A stretch of DNA of 64,000 nt from Desulfuromonadales bacterium (GTDB lineage: Bacteria > Desulfobacterota > Desulfuromonadia > Desulfuromonadales > Geopsychrobacteraceae), in NCBI GenBank assembly GCA_016931615.1, contig JAFGEL010000062.1, positions 25,837-89,836 on the forward strand, read 5' to 3'. The position numbers were made by a program, and so were the translations under genes. Shown one piece after another: positions 1 to 9,776 of the stretch; the stretch's first letter is position 1, and the number at the start of each line of letters is the position of its first letter. The notes under the pieces are model-generated. The model made no database searches, was not told where the DNA came from, and worked only from the letters and a program-made list of their open reading frames with translations.

Positions 1-896
1 AGGACTGGATAGCTTCCGGGCGCCATGGGGAAATGGATTATCTTCACAGAACGCACGCTGAGCGCTCTGATCCATGGCGGTTATTTCCCTTTGCCCGCTC
101 GGTGATTGTTCTCACTTTTGCCAACCATTGGCATGCGGACCAGGTTGCGAACCCTTTTCCCGAACCGGGGGCAGATGCTCCTCTCGGCTTTCTGTCGGCC
201 TATGCCCGTGGACCGGATTATCATTCCACCGGGCAGGAACTTTTAACCCGACTGAAGAGGCTGCTTGGTGCCGATCTGCTGGCCGAGGGAAGTGTCGACA
301 GCGGGGCGGTTTATGAGCGCCTGTTTGCACTCGCTGCCGGTCTGGGGGGCAGCGGTGGGAACAACCTGCTGCGCGATCCTGTGCTTGGGACACGGGTGTT
401 TATTGCCTGCCTTTTTGTTGATGCACTGCTTCCCGAAATCCTTGGGGATCCTCGAATGCCCTTTCCATGTGAGGGCTGTCGGGCCTGTAGTGCTCATTGT
501 CCCACCGGAGCTATTGAGTTTCAACAAGCAATCGATGCCCGGCGTTGTATCAGCTATCTGACCATTGAAAAAAAAGGCCTGTTGTCGCGCGCTGAAGGAG
601 GGATGATCGGTGACTGGCTGTTCGGTTGTGACGGCTGCACCAGGGTCTGTCCGCCGGTTGCCCGCAAGGATCTGCGGATTCCGGTTGATCTGGAATGGCT
701 GCTCAAAGCTTCATCCTCGACCGTCGCGGGGGTGCTCAAAGGCACCGCATGCCATTACGCCGGGGTGACCAGATTACGCAGGAACGCTGTGGTCGTGCTG
801 AAAAATATGGCGACACCGAAAGCCGGGGATCTTCTCGCCTGGGTTCATCAACGGACCGGGAGTGCCCTCATCCGGGCACAGATTGAGGCCTGGTAG
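1..896 (+). CDS. queG: epoxyqueuosine reductase QueG, N-terminus cut by window edge
   Basis: The frame of ORF 33..896 stays open back to base 3 (..DWIASGRHGEMDYL..). It has two ferredoxin-type 4Fe-4S Cys motifs (CEGCRACSAHCPTGAI; CDGCTRVCPP). The length and layout fit the QueG C-terminal two thirds. Confidence 0.8.
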   Translation, partial: DWIASGRHGEMDYLHRTHAERSDPWRLFPFARSVIVLTFANHWHADQVANPFPEPGADAPLGFLSAYARGPDYHSTGQELLTRLKRLLGADLLAEGSVDSGAVYERLFALAAGLGGSGGNNLLRDPVLGTRVFIACLFVDALLPEILGDPRMPFPCEGCRACSAHCPTGAIEFQQAIDARRCISYLTIEKKGLLSRAEGGMIGDWLFGCDGCTRVCPPVARKDLRIPVDLEWLLKASSSTVAGVLKGTACHYAGVTRLRRNAVVVLKNMATPKAGDLLAWVHQRTGSALIRAQIEAW

Positions 897-901
897 CTCA
901 T

Positions 902-1306
902 TCAGCGAATTTTCTGCAGCCAGAAGGTGTTGTTTTCGAGGGGGTCATGGAAGCGGATATAGCCATGCTTGACGACCGGGGTTTGCCGCTCGATGAGATC
1001 CCCCTCGTGGTACAGGCGGTCAACAAAGATCAGACTGCCGAGCGCGAATCCGTAGCGTCTGATCGCTTGCAGGGCGTACGCGGAACAGGTCGGGTCCATA
1101 CTGCAGCGGGGGCCGTCGATCGCGCTCAGATACTTCTGGAAGAAGCGGATTGAGGCGATTGAAAATGACGCTCCCGCGTCTTCCGGCGGGTTTCCCCGGA
1201 ATGTAACTTCCCATGGTTCCCAGCTGCTGTCGGCACGACAATCCGGCGCGGCGAAGACCAGAGACATGACCACCAGTGCCGTGTACAGCGGGGTGTTTTT
1301 TTTCAT
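902..1306 (-). CDS. YidD-family (membrane protein insertion efficiency factor-like) protein with N-terminal signal peptide and C-terminal extension
   Basis: The motif IRFFQKYLSAIDGPRCSMDPTCSAYALQAIRRYG matches the YidD signature (CxxxPTCSxYxxxA). A hydrophobic signal peptide is present (MKKNTPLYTALVVMSLVFAA). The protein is 134 aa, longer than canonical YidD. Confidence 0.55.
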   Translation of the reverse strand: MKKNTPLYTALVVMSLVFAAPDCRADSSWEPWEVTFRGNPPEDAGASFSIASIRFFQKYLSAIDGPRCSMDPTCSAYALQAIRRYGFALGSLIFVDRLYHEGDLIERQTPVVKHGYIRFHDPLENNTFWLQKIR

Positions 1307-1309
1307 GGC

Positions 1310-2620
1310 TTACTTATTACTGTTCTGCCGCCCGTGAATGGCGGCCATGCGTTCACTGATGGTTTTCTCATAGCCGCGCTCCACCGGGCGGTAGAAAATT
1401 TTTTCCTCCAGTTCTGCCGGGAGGTAGGTTTGTTCAGCAAAACCGCCCTCATGATCGTGGGCGTAGCGGTAGCCCTTACCATAGTCAAGGTTTTGCATCA
1501 ACCTGGTCGGTGCGTTACGGATGTGTTTCGGGACGGCCAGGGCCCCACTTTTGCGGACTTCCTTCAGCGCTTCATTGATACCGACATAACTGGCGTTACT
1601 CTTGGGAGCCGTGGCCAGATAGGTCACGCCCTGAGCAAGGTTGATACGTGCTTCCGGTAAGCCGACGAAATGCACGGCCTGCTGAACGGCCAGGGCGATC
1701 TGCAGGGCACGCGGGTCGGCGTTGCCGATGTCTTCGGAAGCCAGAATCACCATGCGGCGCGCAATAAACAACGGATCTTCCCCGGCTTCGAGCATGCGGG
1801 CCAGCCAATAGAGTGCGGCATCAGGGTCGGAACCGCGCATGCTTTTGATGAATGCCGAGATGACATTGTAATGCTCTTCGCCCCCCTTGTCATAAAGCAG
1901 GATCTTTTTCTGCAGAGCCTCCTGTGCCTCACTCAGCGAAATATCTCTGGATTGTGAAGCGGAGACGATCATATCCAGGGTTCCCAGGGCGATGCGGGCA
2001 TCGCCTTCGGCCTGTTCGGCGATCAGGTCAAGCGCCTCCGGAGACACTTTCAGGTCGGGAATGTTGATCCCCTGCGGAGCGGTCAGGGCCCGCTGAAGAA
2101 GAATTTTCAGGTCTGCACCGGTAAGCTTTTCAAGCACAAATACCCGCGAGCGGGAGAGCAGAGCCGAGTTGACTTCGAAGCTCGGATTTTCCGTCGTCGC
2201 GCCGATGAGAATAATGTCGCCTTTTTCGACCGACGGCAAAAAGGCATCCTGCTGAGCTTTATTGAAGCGATGAATTTCATCAACGAAGAGCAGGGTTTTC
2301 TGATGATGATAAGCGCGCTGGGTTTTGGCTTCAGCGACAATTTCGCGAACCTCTTTGATGCTGCCCAGTACAGCTGAAAAGAACACGAAACGGCTTTGCG
2401 TGCAACGTGCGATCACCTGCCCAAGGGTCGTTTTCCCTGTGCCCGGAGGGCCCCACAGGATGAGAGAGGACAACTGGTCTTTTTCTATCAGCTTTCTCAG
2501 CAGTTTGTCCCGCCCCAGGAGATGCTGCTGGCCGACAACTTCATCCAGGTTTTGTGGCCGCATGCGTTCGGCAAGGGGGGTGTCCGGGCTGTTAGACAGC
2601 GAGTTTTCAAACAGGTCCAT
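1310..2620 (-). CDS. rarA: replication-associated recombination protein A (AAA+ ATPase RarA/MgsA)
   Basis: It carries Walker A ([13 protein letters not shown]) and Walker B ([12 protein letters not shown]). The conserved MgsA C-terminal region is present ([34 protein letters not shown]). Length is 436 aa. Confidence 0.92.
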   Translation of the reverse strand: MDLFENSLSNSPDTPLAERMRPQNLDEVVGQQHLLGRDKLLRKLIEKDQLSSLILWGPPGTGKTTLGQVIARCTQSRFVFFSAVLGSIKEVREIVAEAKTQRAYHHQKTLLFVDEIHRFNKAQQDAFLPSVEKGDIILIGATTENPSFEVNSALLSRSRVFVLEKLTGADLKILLQRALTAPQGINIPDLKVSPEALDLIAEQAEGDARIALGTLDMIVSASQSRDISLSEAQEALQKKILLYDKGGEEHYNVISAFIKSMRGSDPDAALYWLARMLEAGEDPLFIARRMVILASEDIGNADPRALQIALAVQQAVHFVGLPEARINLAQGVTYLATAPKSNASYVGINEALKEVRKSGALAVPKHIRNAPTRLMQNLDYGKGYRYAHDHEGGFAEQTYLPAELEEKIFYRPVERGYEKTISERMAAIHGRQNSNK

Positions 2621-2808
2621 ACTCTCTCCCGCGTTGATACAGCGGTCAATCTAGCATGTGAACGCACTGATAACAACTCTCTAAGCCTTTGAATGAGATA
2701 GACTTTTAAATAGTCCTATGATAGAAATCGGGCGTTTATGGGGTTGTCTTCGGAACTGGCCCTCTGATGATTTAACGTATTGTTATTTAAATTGATTATG
2801 AGGACCAA

Positions 2809-3666
2809 ATGGTGAAGAAAATCGGTATATACGCCAAGAAAAATCATCCTGACGTTGAGCAGATTGCCATTGAAATCTGTGAGCGATTTCGTCGCGAGGG
2901 GATCGAGGTCCTGCTTGAAGACCGTCTGGCTGAATTGATCGGACAGATCAACGGCCATGCTGGTGAGGATATTCCTGAACAGGTTGATCTGATCATCGTT
3001 CTGGGCGGTGACGGGACCCTGATTTCGGTGGCCAGACAGGTTGGTGGGCTCAATGTTCCGATTGTCGGTGTCAACCTGGGTCGCCTGGGTTTTTTGACCG
3101 AAGTGACCCGTGACGAGTTACCACAGATGCTTGAAGTGCTGATATCCGGCGAATATCAGGTCTCCGATCGCATGATGCTGGACGCCGCGATCCTGCGTGA
3201 TGGTCAGGTCGTCGGCCAATATACCGTCTTGAACGATGTGGTTATCAACAAAGGGGCCTTGGCCCGGATTATCGACCTGGACACCTATGTCGACGGCCGG
3301 CTTTTAAGCAGCTACAAGGCCGACGGCCTCATCGTTGCCACCCCGACCGGGTCTACCGGCTATAACCTGGCGGCTGGTGGGCCGATTATTTATCCCGAAA
3401 TCAACAGTTTGATGATTTCTCCGATCTGTCCCCACATGCTGACCAATCGGCCTATTGTGCTCTGGAGCCGCTCAGTCATTGAAATCGATGTCAAGTTTGA
3501 AGATGATGTCGTCTTCTTTACCGCTGATGGTCAGGTCGGCCGCAAGTTGCTGCCCGGCGACCGCGTCCAGGTGCGTCGTTCCGAAGCGCGTACGCGTCTG
3601 GTGAACAGCCCGAGCAAAGATTATTTTGAAATTCTCAGGACCAAGCTGAGCTGGGGCGAAAGATAA
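2809..3666 (+). CDS. nadK: NAD+ kinase
   Basis: It has the GGDGTL motif (IIVLGGDGTLISVAR) and the NADK C-terminal motifs (DGLIVATPTGSTGYNLAAGGPI). Length is 285 aa. Confidence 0.9.
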   Translation: MVKKIGIYAKKNHPDVEQIAIEICERFRREGIEVLLEDRLAELIGQINGHAGEDIPEQVDLIIVLGGDGTLISVARQVGGLNVPIVGVNLGRLGFLTEVTRDELPQMLEVLISGEYQVSDRMMLDAAILRDGQVVGQYTVLNDVVINKGALARIIDLDTYVDGRLLSSYKADGLIVATPTGSTGYNLAAGGPIIYPEINSLMISPICPHMLTNRPIVLWSRSVIEIDVKFEDDVVFFTADGQVGRKLLPGDRVQVRRSEARTRLVNSPSKDYFEILRTKLSWGER

Positions 3667-3704
3667 GCGCTGGTTTTACAGGGTGAGGGAATGGTTCAGA
3701 GTCT

Positions 3705-5375
3705 ATGTTGAGCGATTTGATAGTCAAAAACTTTGCCATTATCGAAAATCTGCACGCCCGGTTTTCTTCAGGCTTTAACGTGCTGACCGGGGAAACCGGG
3801 GCGGGGAAGTCGATTATTATTGACGCTGTCAACCTGTTGCTGGGGGGCAGGGTCCGGGGTGAAGTGATCCGTACCGGAGAACAGGAGGCCTCCGTTGAAG
3901 CCATTTTTGATCTGGGTTCAGACAGTCCGTTTCTGGACACCCTGGTCGCCGCCGGTCTGGATGATGGCAGTGAGTTCGTGGTCAGGCGGATTCTCGCGCG
4001 CAATGGTAAAAACCGGGTTTTTGTCAATGGCTCTCCCGTGTCCCTCACGCAACTGCGTGAATTGACCGCCGGTCTGGTCAATATTTATGGCCAGCACGAG
4101 CATCAATCCCTGCAGCGCATTGAAACCCATCTCAGTCTTCTGGATCATTTTGCCGGGCTGCAGCCTGAGTTGCAGGCTTACCAGCTTGTTTATAAAAATT
4201 ATCTGCGCCTGCAGAAAAAACTGGAGCATCTTGACCTCGCCGAACGCGATCGCCGCCAGCGCTTAGACATGCTTGCCTATCAGCAGAAGGAACTTCAGGG
4301 CGCCAGGTTGCAAGAGGGAGAAGACAACGACCTTGAGCATGAACGCTCTCTGCTGCTCCACGCGGAAAAACTCGCCGCAGGAACCTCGGGGGGGTATGCC
4401 GAGCTTTATTCCGGTGATGCTGCGGCCTGTGAGGCCATTGCTGCCGTCGCCGGCCGACTTGAGGCGCTACAGCAGGTTGATCCGAACTTAGGGCCGCTGG
4501 CCGAGCGCTTGAGGGAATATCAGTATGGCCTTGAGGATGTTGCTGAAGAGCTTCGCACCTATTCCGAAGCCCTTGATTTTGAAGCTGATCGCCAGCAGCA
4601 GGTTGAGGAACGCCTGGCGCTGTTAGCCAGTCTCAAACGTAAGTATGCGCCGAGTGTCTCCGGGCTTCTCGAATATCTGGCCGGAATTACTCAGGAACTG
4701 GAAGAATTGAAGGATATTGATGGCCTCAGGGCTGAGCTCAGCAGGGAATTGACGGCACAGCAGCAGGCATTGACGGAAACCGGCCGCAGCTTGAGCCGCA
4801 GGCGCGAAAAAGCCGCCGCCGAGCTGTCGGCGACAGTAGAGCGTGAACTTGCTGAGCTGGCCATGCCCCAGGCACGCTTCAGTATGAAATTCGTGTCTCT
4901 GGAAGAACCGGCTGAGCAGGGGCTTGAGACTGGCGAGTTTTATCTTGCCGCCAATCCCGGTGAAGCTGCACAGCCTCTGGCAAAGATTGCTTCGGGAGGC
5001 GAGCTGTCACGAATTATGCTCGCCCTGAAAAGGAGTGTGCCCGAAGGAGATGGAGTGAGAACCCTGATTTTTGATGAAGTGGATGCGGGTATCGGCGGTG
5101 AGGCCGCGACTGCAGTCGGCGAAAAAATCAGTCGTCTGGGGACCACTCACCAGGTTCTCTGTGTCACACATCTGCCTCAGGTAGCCGCTTTTTCGAATCA
5201 TCATTACCGGGTTGCAAAACAGGAGCAAGCGGGGCGGACATCGACAACTCTGACCCGTCTGGGTGCAGAAGATAAGGTTTTTGAGATTGCCCGAATGCTG
5301 GGTGGCTCTCATGCCGGCAGGCAGGCACAGGTTCATGCCCGCGAGCTGATTGCAATGTCCTGTCCGGATCATTAG
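3705..5375 (+). CDS. recN: DNA repair protein RecN
   Basis: The N-terminal Walker A is GETGAGKSIIIDA. A long coiled-coil middle follows. The C-terminal SMC signature is SGGELSRIMLALK and Walker B is LIFDEVDAGIGG. Length is 556 aa. Confidence 0.93.
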   Translation: MLSDLIVKNFAIIENLHARFSSGFNVLTGETGAGKSIIIDAVNLLLGGRVRGEVIRTGEQEASVEAIFDLGSDSPFLDTLVAAGLDDGSEFVVRRILARNGKNRVFVNGSPVSLTQLRELTAGLVNIYGQHEHQSLQRIETHLSLLDHFAGLQPELQAYQLVYKNYLRLQKKLEHLDLAERDRRQRLDMLAYQQKELQGARLQEGEDNDLEHERSLLLHAEKLAAGTSGGYAELYSGDAAACEAIAAVAGRLEALQQVDPNLGPLAERLREYQYGLEDVAEELRTYSEALDFEADRQQQVEERLALLASLKRKYAPSVSGLLEYLAGITQELEELKDIDGLRAELSRELTAQQQALTETGRSLSRRREKAAAELSATVERELAELAMPQARFSMKFVSLEEPAEQGLETGEFYLAANPGEAAQPLAKIASGGELSRIMLALKRSVPEGDGVRTLIFDEVDAGIGGEAATAVGEKISRLGTTHQVLCVTHLPQVAAFSNHHYRVAKQEQAGRTSTTLTRLGAEDKVFEIARMLGGSHAGRQAQVHARELIAMSCPDH

Positions 5376-5551
5376 GGCTTGATCGGCTACGGAGCCACTT
5401 TCCGGCCGATAGATTGATTATGCCATTCGGGATGATCAAGTTTGTTATACGGAAGGCGATTTGCCTGCTGTCAGGTTCCGGTGATAAATCTTCTGGACTC
5501 AATATGAGAGACATGTTATTAGTGGATATCAATAATTGATATGGGCGCCTC

Positions 5552-5920
5552 ATGAAAGCTGTTGATATCTTTAAAACCTGTAAAATCTGCAGGAGTCTCT
5601 GGTCCTCGCGTGATCAGTTTATCGCTGATCCCGAGGTGACCCTGGTTGGCTACCAGGCTAACTTTGTAGTGCTTGAAAAGGGCTTGTTTTTGTTCAACCA
5701 TTCATGTCAAGGTACAATGGCGATAGACGTTCAGGCTTTTGCCGACCTCTACCAGGGCCCGGTTTTTGAGCGTCGGCTGCAGGGGTCTGAGGATTGCGCC
5801 GGGCATTGTCTGCATCACAACGATCTACAGCCCTGTCCGGCCCAGTGCGAATGTGCGTATGTCAGGGAGATTATCTCTCTTCTGCAGACGGCCAGCCCGC
5901 AGGTTTGTCAGGTCGTATAA
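5552..5920 (+). CDS. hypothetical Cys-rich protein
   Basis: This is a 122-aa ORF with CxxC at the N-terminus and several C-terminal Cys/His residues (CAGHCLHH, CPAQCEC). I recognise no family. It fills the recN-M23 gap. Confidence 0.35.
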   Translation: MKAVDIFKTCKICRSLWSSRDQFIADPEVTLVGYQANFVVLEKGLFLFNHSCQGTMAIDVQAFADLYQGPVFERRLQGSEDCAGHCLHHNDLQPCPAQCECAYVREIISLLQTASPQVCQVV

Positions 5921-5940
5921 GAGGGTACAGGGGACTATTT

Positions 5941-6804
5941 TTGGCAAAGCGTTTCTCTCTCATCATCATTCCCGATTCAGACCGCCAGGTCCGCCGCGTT
6001 CAGGTGCGTTCAGGTTGGCTAACGGCAGGGTTCTGCTGTGCTGTCGTCCTGTTTGGGCTGTCGGCGTTTTTCACCTACAGTTATTTCACTCAGCAATTGG
6101 ATCAGGCTGAACTTCTGCGCTTAAGAGCTGAAAACAGCCGACAGAGGCAGGATCTGCAGCGGCTGGTTCTCGATCTTGAAAATGTCCAGTTTGAATTGAA
6201 CTCTCTCGCGGAAACGGATGCCCGGGTCAGGCAACTGGCAAGTCTGGACTCCGAGCCTCAGGGCCTTCCTGTTGCGATTGGTGGTTTGCCGGAAGAAGCT
6301 GAGGGCTCGATTGACGAGATTCAACGCCAGATCAATCAACTGCAGGTTGAGATTGAGTTGCGCCGCCAGAGCCAGGAAGACGTCAGAAATCTTCTTAATG
6401 ATCAGGTTTCGATCAGTCGGGCAACGCCTGAGGGCTGGCCCACCAAAGGCTGGATCACGTCTTATTTCGGTATGCGCAAATCGCCCTTTACGGGACGCAG
6501 GGTGATGCACGAGGGGCTGGATATCGCCGCCAATACCGGCACGCCTGTTTATGCCACCGCAGACGGGATTGTCGCCCGGGTCGAGTATTCAAAAAGCTAC
6601 GGCAAAACGGTTGTTGTTGATCATGGTTACGGCTATCGAACCATCTTCGGCCATAACTCCAAAATTCTGGTCAAATCCGGTCAGCGTGTCAAACGCGGGG
6701 ACAGACTTGCTCTTGTCGGTAATACGGGACAATCGACCGGTCCCCACCTGCATTATGAACTGCGCATGAATGGTGTGCCGATCGATCCGCGTAAAACGCT
6801 TTAG
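5941..6804 (+). CDS. M23 family metallopeptidase (EnvC/NlpD-like murein endopeptidase) with N-terminal anchor and coiled coil
   Basis: LytM/M23 motifs are present: HEGLDIAANTGTPVYATADG and GNTGQSTGPHLHYELRMNG. The track ORF starts at 5794 but would overlap the upstream ORF. An in-frame TTG at 5941 gives the typical N-terminus (L)AKRFSLIIIPDSDRQVRRV. The start is uncertain. Confidence 0.8.
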   Translation: MAKRFSLIIIPDSDRQVRRVQVRSGWLTAGFCCAVVLFGLSAFFTYSYFTQQLDQAELLRLRAENSRQRQDLQRLVLDLENVQFELNSLAETDARVRQLASLDSEPQGLPVAIGGLPEEAEGSIDEIQRQINQLQVEIELRRQSQEDVRNLLNDQVSISRATPEGWPTKGWITSYFGMRKSPFTGRRVMHEGLDIAANTGTPVYATADGIVARVEYSKSYGKTVVVDHGYGYRTIFGHNSKILVKSGQRVKRGDRLALVGNTGQSTGPHLHYELRMNGVPIDPRKTL

Positions 6805-7058
6805 CAACCGGTGTCAACGGTGTGACCGGTTCCTCCATTCGCCCGCTCCAATTCCTCTTTTCTTTTTCTGTTTCTGCACTGAAAATCCAGATAATTCAAG
6901 TGTTTTAGCCTTTCATTAATGCTTGTGGGCGGTTCTTTCACTGTGTTACTATGCCGACCGTTATTTAATATAGTTTTGTCATTAAATTCTTCTTTTTAAC
7001 CTATTGATTTTGACCTGCCCTTGTCCACAAGTAAGGGTCTTTGGAGTGATATAGCGCC

Positions 7059-9749
7059 ATGATTCGCAGTCTGGTCCAGAAAGTTGTCGGAAGCAAAAAC
7101 GAGCGTGATCTGAAAAAGCTTCAACCCCAAGTTGCACAGATCAATGCGCTTGAACCTGAATTTGAACAGTTGAGTGATGCCCAGCTGCGGGAAAAAACCC
7201 CTGAATTCCGTCGGCGTCTGGCCCAGGGAGAAAGCCTTGACCAGTTACTTCCGGAAGCCTTTGCGGTGGTCAGGGAAACCAGTAAGCGCGTGCTGGGAAT
7301 GCGTCATTTTGATGTTCAGATGATCGGTGGCATGGTTCTCAATAGCGGCAAAATAGCCGAGATGAAAACCGGTGAAGGTAAAACCCTGATGGCAACCCTG
7401 CCGATCTATCTGAACGCCCTGACCGGGAAAGGAGTTCACGTCGTTACCGTCAACGATTATCTGGCCAGCCGTGACGCTGACTGGATGGGGCATATCTATA
7501 GATTTCTCGGCCTGACGGTTGATTGTATCGTTCACGGGCTGTCCGATCAGCAGCGTAAAACGGCCTATGCTGCTGACATCACCTACGGGACCAACAACGA
7601 GTTCGGGTTTGACTACCTGCGCGATAATATGAAGTTTGATCTGGGTGACTATGTACAACGTGATCTGCACTATGCCATTGTCGACGAAGTTGACTCGATC
7701 CTGATTGATGAAGCCAGAACGCCGTTGATTATTTCCGGACCGAGTGAAGCCTCCAGTGAACTGTATTACCGGGTTGACAGGATCATCCCGCGGCTGAAAA
7801 AAGGTGAAGTTATTGAGGAGCGGGACGGTAAAATCGGCCAGGCGACCAAGACGCACACCGGTGATTTTACCGTCGATGAAAAAGCGAAATCGGCTGCACT
7901 GACCGAAGAAGGCGTCGCTAAAGTCGAGAAATTGCTCGATGTCGAAAATCTCTATGAACCGCAGAATATCGAGTTGCTGCACCATGTCAATCAGGCACTC
8001 AAGGCTCATGCCCTGTTTAAAAAAGATGTCGATTATGTCGTTAAGGACAACGAGGTTCAGATTGTCGATGAATTTACCGGCAGGCTGATGCCGGGACGCC
8101 GCTGGAGCGATGGTTTACACCAGGCGGTCGAAGCCAAGGAGGGGGTTAAAATCGCCAGTGAGAATCAAACTCTGGCAACCATCACCTTTCAGAATTACTT
8201 CCGCATGTATGACAAACTGGCCGGGATGACCGGGACCGCTGAAACGGAAGCTGCCGAATTCAGAGAAATCTACAACCTGGATGTCACCGTGATCCCGACC
8301 AACCGACCGATGGTTCGTCAGGATATGGCGGATGTCATTTATAAAACGGAAAAAGAGAAATTTCTTGCGGCGATCGAAGATATCGTTGAATGCCATAAAA
8401 GTGGTCAGCCGGTTCTGGTCGGGACGATCACTATCGATAAGTCCGAAGTGTTGTCGACATTGTTGAAAAAGCGGGGAGTTCCGCACAATGTTCTCAATGC
8501 GAAACAGCATGAACGTGAGGCTTTTATAGTCGCCCAGGCCGGGCGCAAGGGCGCTGTGACGATTGCCACCAATATGGCCGGGCGTGGAACCGATATCGTC
8601 CTTGGCGGTAATCCGGAGATGATGGCTCGGGCCGAAGCGTCCGGCGCAGAAAATCCCGAAGAAAAATTCAACCAGTTGCTGCCGGGTTTCAAGGAACGCT
8701 GTGAACAGGAGAAACAGGAGGTTCTTGAAGCTGGCGGACTGTACATTCTGGGCACCGAGCGCCACGAGTCGCGACGTATTGACAATCAGTTACGTGGTCG
8801 TTCAGGCCGTCAGGGAGACCCCGGGAAGAGCCGTTTTTACCTGAGCCTTGAAGATGATCTGCTGAGAATTTTCGGTTCACAACGGGTAGCTTTTGTAATG
8901 GATAAGCTGAGAATTCCCGAAGGTGAACCGATTGAGCACGGCATCATCAGCAAGGCGATTGAGAACGCCCAGAAAAAAGTCGAGGCTCACAACTTCGATA
9001 TCCGCAAGCATCTGCTGGAATATGACGATGTCATGAATCGTCAGCGTGAAGTCATCTATACGCAGCGGCGCGAAGTTCTCGGCGGAGAACAGCTCAAAGA
9101 GACCTACCAGGGAATCGTCCTTGAAACCATTGAGGATATGATCGCCTCATTCTGTCCGGAAAAAACCACTGCCGGCGACTGGGATTGGGAAAGACTGACG
9201 GAGGATTTTTTCAATCAGTTCTACTTTGTTCCCGATTTCACGGCGCTGGATCAGAAGGCGGTCAAGCGTGAAGAGCTGGAAGCCTGGCTCAAACAGCAGG
9301 CTGAGGCGCGCCTGAATGAAAAAGAAGCTGATTTTACCCCTCCCATCATGGAACAGTTGATGCGAATTCTGCTGCTGCAGGCGATCGATACGCAATGGAA
9401 AGACCATCTTCTCTCGATTGATCATCTTAAGGAGGGGATCGGTCTGCGCGGTTATGGCCAGAAAAATCCCAAAGAAGAATACAAGCGCGAAGCATACAGC
9501 CTGTTTATGGAGATGATGGGACGGGTTCGGGGTGAGGTGCTGCAGAAAATCTTCCGCATCCAACTGGCGCGGGAAGAAGATGTCGAGCAGATGGAAGCCC
9601 AGCAGCGCAAGCAACAACTGTCGCTGAACAAGGTTGGTGGCGAAGATCAGGGAAAAACTCCGACGACGCGTGATCAGGATAAAGTCGGGCGCAATGATCC
9701 CTGCCCCTGCGGGAGCGGCAAAAAATATAAGAAATGCTGTGGAAAGTAG
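7059..9749 (+). CDS. secA: preprotein translocase ATPase SecA
   Basis: The 896-aa protein has the DEAD-like motor ([28 protein letters not shown]). It ends with the zinc-binding tail [14 protein letters not shown]. Confidence 0.98.
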   Translation: MIRSLVQKVVGSKNERDLKKLQPQVAQINALEPEFEQLSDAQLREKTPEFRRRLAQGESLDQLLPEAFAVVRETSKRVLGMRHFDVQMIGGMVLNSGKIAEMKTGEGKTLMATLPIYLNALTGKGVHVVTVNDYLASRDADWMGHIYRFLGLTVDCIVHGLSDQQRKTAYAADITYGTNNEFGFDYLRDNMKFDLGDYVQRDLHYAIVDEVDSILIDEARTPLIISGPSEASSELYYRVDRIIPRLKKGEVIEERDGKIGQATKTHTGDFTVDEKAKSAALTEEGVAKVEKLLDVENLYEPQNIELLHHVNQALKAHALFKKDVDYVVKDNEVQIVDEFTGRLMPGRRWSDGLHQAVEAKEGVKIASENQTLATITFQNYFRMYDKLAGMTGTAETEAAEFREIYNLDVTVIPTNRPMVRQDMADVIYKTEKEKFLAAIEDIVECHKSGQPVLVGTITIDKSEVLSTLLKKRGVPHNVLNAKQHEREAFIVAQAGRKGAVTIATNMAGRGTDIVLGGNPEMMARAEASGAENPEEKFNQLLPGFKERCEQEKQEVLEAGGLYILGTERHESRRIDNQLRGRSGRQGDPGKSRFYLSLEDDLLRIFGSQRVAFVMDKLRIPEGEPIEHGIISKAIENAQKKVEAHNFDIRKHLLEYDDVMNRQREVIYTQRREVLGGEQLKETYQGIVLETIEDMIASFCPEKTTAGDWDWERLTEDFFNQFYFVPDFTALDQKAVKREELEAWLKQQAEARLNEKEADFTPPIMEQLMRILLLQAIDTQWKDHLLSIDHLKEGIGLRGYGQKNPKEEYKREAYSLFMEMMGRVRGEVLQKIFRIQLAREEDVEQMEAQQRKQQLSLNKVGGEDQGKTPTTRDQDKVGRNDPCPCGSGKKYKKCCGK

Positions 9750-9776
9750 GCTCTGTCTTAACTGGACTGGTTCACA

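Noticed and set aside
7245-8765. Two long minus-strand ORFs (254 aa and 216 aa) inside secA.
   Set aside because: They are antisense to an unambiguous secA and have no recognisable motifs.
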